A stretch of DNA of 64,000 bases, from positions 2,081,817 to 2,145,816 of the forward strand of contig NC_068982.1 in the NCBI RefSeq assembly GCF_001194135.2, given 5' to 3'. The position numbers were made by a program, and so were the translations under genes. This document shows positions 1 through 10,052 of the stretch, one piece after another. The notes beneath the pieces were generated by a model that was given only the letters and a program-made list of their open reading frames with translations, searched no databases and was not told where the DNA came from. How positions within the stretch are numbered: the first letter of the stretch is position 1; the number at the start of each line of letters is the position of its first letter. Origin of the DNA: Octopus bimaculoides. Taxonomy: Eukaryota.

Positions 1-228
1 AAACAGATTTGTGGATATTTTTATGATCATCATCATTAATATCATTATTGCATGGATATATTCTGGTCAAAGTACACATTGCATATATGGCCTTCTAATT
101 GTAATCTAATGGTGTGTATAAGGAAAAGAAATAAAGCAAGCAGGAAATTAAATTTTCGTTTCATAGAAATAATTTGGTTTACCATGAGCATTCAGCTGTG
201 TCACTGATATTGTTTATGTTGTGCCGTC

Positions 229-267
<39 letters not shown>

Positions 268-809
268 TATATGTATACGTATGCCAGTTATGTGGGGCAT
301 TCGTGAGGCATATAAATATGTTCGCACAGCTTAATATCTTTTCACAAACCTGGGAGGAAACGTTCACTTCTCGCTGGTGTATATTTCATTGGGGGAAACA
401 CGATGTCCGGACGTACTGTGTAAATATTCCATACAGATGGAATTTGGTATTTCTTTTGGTAACGCTCGATTTTAGCCAAATTATCGTTCGCCTCTTCATA
501 TTTTACAGTTTACTTTTCAACACGGACTTTGATTTTTTTTTTGTATTAATTTCGGGATACAACTGACTTCGATGTTCCCTGAAGCACAGTGATCAATGAT
601 TTGTAATCGATTACATTGCCATAATGGAGATTTGGTTTTTAAGAGCTGTAAGTCGGACTTAGCTGAAACGGTTTCTGGCTGGAATCGAACAAAATACTCA
701 AAATACCGCAATACTTTTTCTTTGATGCACAGACTAATCCATTGACATAAACACATGCTTTATACATATGCATGCATGCATACATGTAGAATTATATACA
801 TATATTAAA

Positions 810-845
<36 letters not shown>

Positions 846-1684
846 GAGCCTTTACACTCTCTTATAATCATATAATGACAGTTCTTTTAACTCTTAACAT
901 AAATTTAGGCTGTTGAGGGCACACGTATCCATTCCCCTACCATGCTCCGCCTTGTTCCTCCACCATAATAATGAATGAATTTCTCTGTATGTTGTAGCTT
1001 AATTTACCATTATATACTCATTCTTGGTTTGTTTCACTTTAGTTTATTCTAGACCAACATTTGTCTACTTCTATTTAACGGAGACCCCTTAATTAGATTT
1101 ACTCATTTCACTATCCCCCTGCCCCGCACAACGAAATAATTATTTTACGATTCAATACTAACTTTCAATCCTACGCCCTCTTCTATTTATGTATTCGCTT
1201 GATCTTTGTTCTGCAGTTGGCACTTATCTACGTGCTATGAATATCGTTGTTATGTGTATTACTATATGCATGGGGGAACCAATTGTTGAAACTGGCAAAT
1301 GCATGTATTCATCTATGGGCTTATATAATATATATTATAATTGACTGGGTGTATACACATGTCTGTACTTGAGTGTATGGATGTTGTATGTGAGTGTACA
1401 GAGGTGTATATGTATATACATACGTATATTCATATGAGTGTGTGCATACGCATGTATGTGTATGTTGAATTATTGTGTTTATGAATGCATGAGCAAATTG
1501 TAGTTATATATATATAAAGCAAAAATAACGTAGATAGCGACGAGTACCAGCCAGATCTTGGTAATAACAATATTGATGATAATAATAATAATAATAGTAA
1601 AAGTAAAAACAAAAGCTATAAATTTAGGCTGAAATAATTTTGAGATCCATCAAAAAGCTGTGTCGTCGATAAAAGATATTCTTT

Positions 1685-1900
1685 TTTACTCTAGGCACAA
1701 GGCCCAAAATTTTGGGGAAGTACGGGCCAGTCGATTAGATTGTATCCAGTATGTAACTGGTACTTAATTTATCGACCCCGAAAGTATGAAAGGCAAAGTC
1801 GACCTCAGAGAAATTTGAACAAAGAACGTAAAGACAGACGAAATACCGCTAAGCTAAGCATTTTGCCCGGCGTGCTAACGTTTCTGCCAGTTTGCCACCT
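1685..1900 (-). mobile_element. tRNA-derived SINE, family A (most abundant family in window), diverged copy
   Basis: Reverse complement aligns to the copy at 61809-61950 (ggc..ctggcagaa.cgttagcacgccgggc.aaatgcttagc...ttcaaatt...gtcgactttgcctttcat.ctttcggggtcgataaattaagtaccagtt). Confidence 0.85.
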
Positions 1901-2414
1901 TTCGTCGATAAAACATATTATAAACAAACAATCTGCGGATAGTTTTTTTCAGTGATGCATGATAAAGGAGTTTGATTGCAACATCGAACCTGATTTATCA
2001 AAAGGTCAGCAGTGACATTCGTCCTTAATTGTGCGAATGTTCCAGAGATAATGTGGTCAGGGAAATTGAAGTAAAACTGAGGAACCACTAAATGACGAAA
2101 CGCGAAAATAAACATGTTAAAATATTAAGTAAACTGTCGGTTAATTAGTCTGTTAATTATCTAGCAAAACTGGCGCATAGGAAGGAATGCAGTTCTTTTT
2201 TGCCTTTTGTTATGGTTTGTCATTTGAATGCGGCCATGCTGGGGCAGCGCCTGAAAATACATTTAGTCTTATTAACCGGCCTACTTTTATAATAGTAATA
2301 TTAAAGGAAAATAACACTAGAAATGAGAAGTATAATCATGGTAAGCAAATAAGTCTCTCTCTCCCTCTCTCTCCCTCCCTCTCTCCCTCTCTCCCTCCCT
2401 CTCTCTCTCCCTCT

Positions 2415-2453
<39 letters not shown>

Positions 2454-4321
2454 TATGTGTGTGCATGTGTGTGCGTGCATATACATACATACATTTTATA
2501 TATATATATATATATATATAGACATAATTACAATATACACACAAATACACAGGCGCGCGCGCGCGCCAACACGAATTTACTGGATCTTTGTTTTGGGTAG
2601 CATCTTTTGTTCAACAAGTGACCAGTTAATCTTAAATCAAAAGGTTATTCGTTCAAATTCTCTTGTGACTTTGTTTTGCTTTTGATTCAGAAACTTAATC
2701 CATTTAGAGTCATTGTCAACATAGAAACAACTGAAGCAGAATTAGGGGATTATCCTCTTAATTCTATGCGGAAATAGAGCATCACGTAAACACACATGAA
2801 ATAGAAATAAGACAATACGAATTCGTAGAATTTCAGATGTAGTCTGAAAGATATAGCGCTATTTTTGGTGAACTGAGTAACTGTTATGTTTCTGATGGAA
2901 TTACGGCAAAATCTTTGTAGATTTGTTGGACTTATATATTGAAGTAACGTAGAAATAGGAAAATGTGGTATCTATACTTTCTCATTTGGTATTAGTAATG
3001 TCTTTCAAATGTCATGGCGTCCACAATAAACCTGGAAGTCTATTGACGTTTTAACCTCTCCAGAGTTTGATTATATAGTGCTAGCTGTCGTATAGATTTC
3101 TAAATTTGATAGAATCCAGTCCACTAACCACGAACAATTTATTGTCAACTTATTGTGTCACCTCCTGTCTGTGATTGTTAATAATCTTAAACTATCCACG
3201 GCGAGTAATTTATTTAGAGTTTCGGAGAATTTCACTGTGATGTTAATGTTGTTTTAATTCTTCCGTCTCACACAAGCCGTACTTGAGTAGTGATGTGATT
3301 ACCTATGTTTTGAACGAGAGATTTTCTTTCACATCCTTCATAGAAGTTCTAGTATAACCTTACGCAACGAGTCCTTTCACTTTCATAAAGTAGTAGCGTA
3401 GGTTTTGGAGAAGATTTGTGACTATGAATAAAACAACTTAGGTTCTCCTTCGTACGCTGCGAGTCTATTATTTCGACTGGCAATCAGCATACAATTAGAT
3501 TAGTTTTTGATTTAGGTAATGTCATAATGTCCAAAATCAGGCGCCCTTATGCTGAAGAAAAATAGGCATAGTAGATCGTATGAAGTCCAGTTCTCTTCCC
3601 GGTATATTTCCATAAACCAGCATTTGGTAATAGTCAAAATTTCGTAAGGGTTGAACAAGAACTAAAAGATATGTCTAAGTTAAATTAAGAGCCTCGATCC
3701 AGAATTTTGAACGAACGCACTGGACTATCGAAAAATCATGAAAAATCATATTGCAGAAAAAGAAGTGCAACTGTACAGGTGGGAATAAAATATGGGTTGT
3801 TCAAAGGTAAAACGCTTTTATCAAGCTGATCACGGGCTAAAATCAATAGCAACAATGCCGTGCTCTTTGCAGACCCATAACCTGCAGAGGTATGCTGCAC
3901 ATTTGAAAGGGCCAGGCCTTTCTTGTATGAAATGGAAAACAAATCCGAATTAATCTATATCTCAGCAAAAACGCTTTAATATTCAAAGATCAAATCCCGA
4001 GGCTCGGGTTCATTGTTCGTTTTAAACATCCCCTTCTAAACGATATTAACACTATGTTCGATAATGTCAAATGTGTATATCATTTCCTTATAAGTTAATA
4101 CGTGCATTCTCAAGATACAGATACACACACATCAAAATACAGAGCCCTAAATAGGCACAAACACACGCACACACACACACACACAAGTGCACGCCCAAGA
4201 ATTCTGTATTATTAAGGACCGATAATCATCTAGGACAGATGCACGCACATNNNNNNNNNNGGACAGATGCACGCACATACATATATCCATGTCGGTATAT
4301 ATATATATATATATATATCTG

Positions 4322-4373
<52 letters not shown>

Positions 4374-4682
4374 GCAGATATATATGTAAAAGAGAATAGG
4401 GATTTTAAAATCGAGGCGGATATTTTTAGGCACTCCGTGGCAAACGAAACATGGTTAATTAGAATATTTAATAAGAAAATTGGGAGCCGTGTAGCCAATA
4501 CAATTACACTTGTAAACCTTTTCCATTGCTGAATCCAAAATCCACTTCAAAGAATCTGAGTTTCAACAGCATATCAAAAACACAAAAAGAATGGTGAATT
4601 TCATAATTTTAGCTGATAATTAATCACATAATCTACCGATGTACGTTTCTGATATGCTTATGTTGTATAATACTTTAGCGTG

Positions 4683-5064
4683 GTGGAGGCGCAATAGCTC
4701 AGTGGTTAGGGCAGCGAACTCGCGGTCATAGGATCCCGGTTTCGATTCCCAGACCGGGCGTTGTGAGTGTTTATTGAGCGAAAATACCTAAAGCACCACG
4801 AGGCTCCGGCAGAGGATGGTGGCGAACCCTGCTGTACTCTTTCACCACAACTTTCTCTCACTCTTACTTCCTGTTTCTGTTGTGCCTGTAATTCAAAGGG
4901 TCAGCCTTGTCACACTGTGTCACGCTGAATATTCCCGAGAACTAGGTTAAAGGTACACGTGTCTGTGGAGTGCTCAGTCACTTGCACGTTAATTTCACGA
5001 GCAGGCTGTTCCGATGATCGGATCAACTGGAACCCTCGACGTCGTAAGCGACGGAGTGCCAACA
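4683..5064 (+). mobile_element. Full-length young tRNA-derived SINE (family B) with 11-bp target-site duplication
   Basis: A box TAGCTCAGTGG 4695-4705; B box GGTTTCGATTCCC 4738-4750; TSD actttagcgtg at 4672-4682 and 5065-5075; 3' half shared with the minus-strand copy at 17685-17961. Confidence 0.9.
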
Positions 5065-5610
5065 ACTTTAGCGTGATGTATCTGCTTTTGAATGTACACC
5101 TCTTCTGAATGATGAAAAATATAGCACCTAGATAAATTCATAACTAATTACATGCGTGTACTGGTGTACATGCATGCGTACATACATCATGTATGTATGT
5201 ACTTCTTTATAATTTACATAACATTTTTCCTATGCAAAGTTCAAGTCGGTCCTGAGTAAATTGACTTGGCTCTTATGTTTAACTGAGGAAAGTTTCTGGT
5301 ATTCTGGTTAAGTGAATTATTTATGGTATGCATATACGGAGGTGGGTGTGTGGATAAATTTGGACTAACGTCGGGAGAGAGCATGTTATTTTAGTATAAT
5401 AGTCAGTCCTTTTTTGTTTACTGTAGATATCAGTGTGTCTGAGTAAGCCAGAGATAAGACTCTTTGCATATGTTCAATAAGACTATGCATATGTTCAGAC
5501 GTGAAGCCACGAATGGAGAAACCCTGGAACATTTTACAAATATTCAATGAAATAGAAATCGATTAAATTTAGAGGATGCAAATTAATGCTGAGAATGTTC
5601 TTTCTCTTGA

Positions 5611-5670
5611 TTCTCTAGTCAGGTGTAATAATAAGTCCATAAGGACTTATTATTACACCTGACTAGAGAA
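5611..5670. repeat. Perfect inverted repeat, 28-bp arms, 4-nt loop
   Basis: ttctctagtcaggtgtaataataagtcc (5611-5638), loop ataa, ggacttattattacacctgactagagaa (5643-5670): exact reverse complements. Confidence 0.97.
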
Positions 5671-5845
5671 GTTCATAAGGACTTCTACTTACCCAGAGTT
5701 TTGGTAAGGAAATCACATTTGGGGGGAAAGCTTATCTCTAAGTTGTGAGTTTTATCAAATTTCCATTCTTCTTCAGATCCCATTCCACAGTTCAATTCTT
5801 GACCGGTTTAATTATTTACATTTTACAGATATCTTGTTTGTTCTT

Positions 5846-5886
5846 AACGTTTCGGCTGATATACCCTCCAGCCTTCATCAGCTGTC
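5846..5886 (-). ncRNA. Minimal type I hammerhead ribozyme motif (stem I damaged)
   Basis: Minus strand: gacag CTGATGA a ggctgg agggtata tcagcc GAAAC gtt. The core CUGAUGA/GAAAC is intact, stem II has 6 bp, stem III is the palindrome ACGU; the 3' strand of stem I is lost in this copy. Confidence 0.7.
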
Positions 5887-5938
5887 TTGAAGAAATTTCG
5901 AACCTTGTTCGAAAGGTATTTTTCGATGTTATTATTTA

Positions 5939-6012
5939 GGTCACTGTCTCGAATCGAACTCGGAAACTTGTGGATTGCAGCGCGCACTCTTAACCACTAT
6001 GCCATATGCCCG
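5939..6012 (-). promoter_or_regulatory. tRNA-like head (Pol III A/B boxes) upstream of the hammerhead motif
   Basis: Minus strand gggcata TGGCATAGTGG ttaagagtgcgcgctgcaatccacaagtttcc GAGTTCGATTC gagacagtgacc; homologous to 54287-54360. Confidence 0.75.
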
Positions 6013-6575
6013 TGGGCAATTATGGAGTGAATTTTAGGGCTTATACATGTAATATTTTCCTATCCTTCCTTAATACCGGTTCCCATATGCTACTGATATC
6101 TGGGTGTCACTCAGCAGTAGCAATGATACTCAGAAGTGTTGTGCAGTAATTCAATCGTTTGCTCTTGTCATCCACCTTTAAAAGTCTGCACACATATGAA
6201 ATAATATAGCTTCGATATCAGACTTTTCAATACCCGTTGGCTTGGCCTGCTTATACGAGACTGCTGCGCCAATTTACCTGTTGACTTCTTTGCAATTCGT
6301 ATGGCTCAATAACTTCCTACCTTCAAACTGTTACGATCTCTTGGTTTTGGGGCGTCATGCATTGACTCCGAAGGACGCCACTTCTTAACCGACATTTGCA
6401 TCGTTCCTTTTGCTGATAAGCTGTACCCAGAACCTTCTCTTCAAAAGATCACGAGGTTGGTCAACAGGACTGGTTCTCAAATGCTCTTCCATGCTCTCCA
6501 CCCATGCCGCTATTGACAGCACAATTTTGCAGAAAAGGCTAGAGACATTCATTCAAAAGAATCTTACAATCACCT
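6013..6575. mobile_element. Probable degenerate retroelement sequence contiguous with the tRNA-hammerhead module (possibly a Penelope-like ORF end)
   Basis: GC-richer than flanks with broken reading frames; minus-strand DISSIWEPVLRK just before the tRNA head resembles PLE C-termini. Family not securely identified. Confidence 0.25.
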
Positions 6576-7777
6576 AATGTGGTAAAGATGTGCTGAGGAT
6601 AACGTAGTAAGCAATTGACTAGTGCGCCATTTTTGTTCATCAGTCACAAGCGATTGAAGTAACACAATGGCAATTGCAAGCGAAAGGCTGGGTGCATTCT
6701 CGTGTGTGTAAACATTGCTGTATTTACAATGTGGTAGGGAATCCGGGCTACTTTTTCGTGTGCTACCCCCTGTGTGCGTGTGTTTGTATGTGTGTGTATA
6801 TATATATATATATATACGTATATGTGTTTGTGTATATATATGTATGTTTGTTCGTGTATATATATGTATGTGTGTGTACGTGTGTATATATATATGTTTG
6901 TGTATGCGTGCTTTTGTGTGTGTGAATGAGAGTGCATGATCATCTCTATGTATACGCGTGTTGCGTGTGTGCATATGTGAATCTACCTACGTTATTCTGC
7001 GTATTCTCCTTTAGATGATAAATTTTGATCCATTACAGTTTCATTTTATGGTTGAAATTTCCGACTATTTAATCTCAAATGCTTTAATAAACCGAAACGG
7101 TTGGACGAGGAGAGTAATTAAAATTTCTTGTTTATAAGAAGTCTATTGAAAGCAGCTTCGAATGTCTTTAAATATTTGAATTCTGAATGCAATTTTCTTT
7201 AAATTTCAATTCTATTTGAATTTCATAATCATTTATTAAATATGTTATTAATCACACATTTTGATTTGTGAAAATAAGGCAATTCCCAAATCTTAAATTC
7301 TTTCGTAGTAAAGGCAATGAAATATCAAAAAGAAAGGTTGGAATGAAATTCCTGTCTTATATCAATCCTAAAAGAATATTATAGCGACTGAATATTGAAA
7401 TATTTCATATAATAAGTTCGCTTCTGAGTTGAATATGTATGACCTCTTATCACATTTCTACATGTGAAATATCACAAACAGCCATGCTGCTATTGCTATT
7501 TTCTCACAGCATAGATGTTATCAATATGTTATTGTTGCCTTTTTTTCACAGTTGTAATTTTTTTTTAACTTTTGATTGTAGATCCGAATAATTACTTCAT
7601 TTATGTGAAAGTCACGATTATAATGCGTAAAAAGAAGACACGCATAATTCAAAATAGACTCACCTCTTCGCTATCTCTTTATTCTGTAGATAGACATTTC
7701 TACGTCATTTGTGGTATATCTAATTATAATATGCATTCTCTTTTCTTTCTTCACCATTATTATTATCTCAGTGAATT

Positions 7778-7996
7778 AAAGCGGCGATCTGGCAAACCGT
7801 CAGCACTCTGCACAGAATGCTCAGCGCTATTTCGCCCGTCGTGACGTTCTGAGTTCAAATTCCGCCGGCGTCGATTTTGCCTTTCATCCTTTCGGGGGTC
7901 GATGATATAAGTACCAGTTGAGTACTGAGGTCGATGTAATCGACTGCCCCCCCCACCCAATTTCTGGCTTTCTGCCTATAATAGAAAGGATTATTA
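7778..7996 (+). mobile_element. tRNA-derived SINE family A
   Basis: gcggcgatctggcaaacc...gttctgagttcaaattccgcc...ttttgcctttcatcctttcgggggtcgat...aagtaccagtt matches the family A copy at 61809. Confidence 0.85.
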
Positions 7997-8009
7997 TATC
8001 AGTAAACAA

Positions 8010-8175
8010 AAGGCGGCAAGATGGCCGAATCGTTAGCACTCCAGGCAAAATGCGTAGCGGCATTTCCCCAGTCTGTGCGTCCTACGTTCAAATTCCACCA
8101 AGGTCGATTTGTGTATCATCTTTCGGGGTCGATAAAATAGTGGCTCAGCACCTGGGTCAATGTAATGGTCTTATC
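8010..8175 (+). mobile_element. tRNA-derived SINE family A, second tandem copy, diverged
   Basis: ggcggcaagatggccgaatcgttagcactccaggcaaaatgc...gttcaaattccaccaaggtcga...tttcggggtcgataaaatag. Confidence 0.8.
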
Positions 8176-8429
8176 AAAATATAAGACATTATTATATAAG
8201 TACACTAGCTTTGATATTTGTGAATAAGAATTGGAAAATGATTTTAAGGGTAGATGGAGGAAGAGAACCTCATTGGGATTTGAATTTAGAACCTTACTCA
8301 GAATGGATATCACCAAATTCTGTAAGCAATGATATCCCTTAATCTCATTCTGCTATCCTCAGATATTTGCATCGAGATATCATGAAGGAAACGCTTCATA
8401 TTCCTCTTGTTATGACCAATGCACATAGA

Positions 8430-8640
8430 AAAGACAAACATGCGATACACATGTAGAGGAAACAGAGAGAGGAGAAAGGAACTGGGCACAAGCTGAGAAC
8501 ACTTGATAGGGGAAAATGTGCTACACAACATGGAGGGGAATTTGCCAGATAACAGGGACACTATATGGCGAGATCACGATTGAAGAGTAAATGAAGGGTA
8601 TATTTAGTGACAGTTTATGGACGTGATATATGACTCAAGT
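8430..8640 (+). mobile_element. Highly degenerate RTE-like reverse transcriptase remnant
   Basis: Fragments across frames (TCDT; ITGTLYGEITIEE; FMDVI) fall in the order expected for RT (KAxDT...GV.QG...LF.IFMDVI); many stops. Confidence 0.3.
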
Positions 8641-8787
8641 CAATAGAAAAGACCACGTTGACATTATACGTGATAAGACACACACGCAGGATGCATGGGC
8701 TGGGTACATACACAGAATACTACAAAAAACTGGCTGTGCACATAAACACATTATGGTTGCACATATGTATGTATGCATATATATATA

Positions 8788-9341
8788 NNNNNNNNNNNNN
8801 NNNNNNNNNNNNNNNNNNNNNNNNNNNNNNNNNNNNNNNNNNNNNNNNNNNNNNNNNNNNNNNNNNNNNNNNNNNNNNNNNNNNNNNNNNNNNNNNNNNN
8901 NNNNNNNNNNNNNNNNNNNNNNNNNNNNNNNNNNNNNNNNNNNNNNNNNNNNNNNNNNNNNNNNNNNNNNNNNNNNNNNNNNNNNNNNNNNNNNNNNNNN
9001 NNNNNNNNNNNNNNNNNNNNNNNNNNNNNNNNNNNNNNNNNNNNNNNNNNNNNNNNNNNNNNNNNNNNNNNNNNNNNNNNNNNNNNNNNNNNNNNNNNNN
9101 NNNNNNNNNNNNNNNNNNNNNNNNNNNNNNNNNNNNNNNNNNNNNNNNNNNNNNNNNNNNNNNNNNNNNNNNNNNNNNNNNNNNNNNNNNNNNNNNNNNN
9201 NNNNNNNNNNNNNNNNNNNNNNNNNNNNNNNNNNNNNNNNNNNNNNNNNNNNNNNNNNNNNNNNNNNNNNNNNNNNNNNNNNNNNNNNNNNNNNNNNNNN
9301 NNNNNNNNNNNNNNNNNNNNNNNNNNNNNNNNNNNNNNNNN
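8788..9341. other. Assembly gap (largest of 13 N-runs: 4251-4260, 8788-9341, 13627-13720, 18387-18819, 20427-20459, 24277-24563, 28318-28406, 31727-32029, 33556-33668, 42933-42950, 44049-44063, 46353-46490, 48071-48360)
   Basis: Runs of n; nearly all abut (TA)n or (CA)n microsatellites. Confidence 0.99.
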
Positions 9342-9342
9342 N

Positions 9343-9397
<55 letters not shown>

Positions 9398-9649
9398 TGA
9401 TCATCGAAATAGTCTGAGATTTGAGGAAGAACAACATAAGAAATAAGATTAAAACGAAGCAGATTCTGAGTCAAACCTACTGACATATGTATATATTGAG
9501 TCCTGCACCGAAAGATATTTAGGACGAAAGATATCAATAATTCCATGGATCGGACTTGAAATCAGAAACGCTAGTAATGTGCTTCGTGTTCCGTCTCATT
9601 CGTTTCCCTCCTCGCGAAAAGACACTCACCGACGTATGTGTTTTTGCAT

Positions 9650-9703
<54 letters not shown>

Positions 9704-9759
9704 GTGTGTTTGAGTGAAAATATATATACATAACTATAAATATATACACATATATTTAC

Positions 9760-9808
<49 letters not shown>

Positions 9809-10052
9809 TATGTACATACACGTACATATACACTAGAACAAACACACACAAAACACACACACACAAAACACACACACACACAAAACACAAAACACACACA
9901 CACACACACACAAAACACACACACACACACACACACACAAAACACACACACACAAAACACACACACACACACACACAAAACACACACACACACACACAAA
10001 ACACACACACACACACACACAAAGCATACCTATGTGTGTGTGTGTGTGTGTC
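9650..10052. repeat. Compound microsatellite: (TA)n, then (CA)nCAAAA units, then (TG)n
   Basis: Direct reading; repeated acacacacacaaa units at 9835-10022. Confidence 0.95.

Noticed and set aside
4233-4278. Direct repeat ggacagatgcacgcacat on both sides of a 10-N gap
   Set aside because: Typical unmerged contig overlap (assembly artefact).
4683-4760. tRNA gene (likewise 5939-6012, 17890-17961, 54287-54360)
   Set aside because: A/B boxes are present but there is no properly paired acceptor stem or oligo-T terminator, and each continues into repeat body; these are SINE heads.
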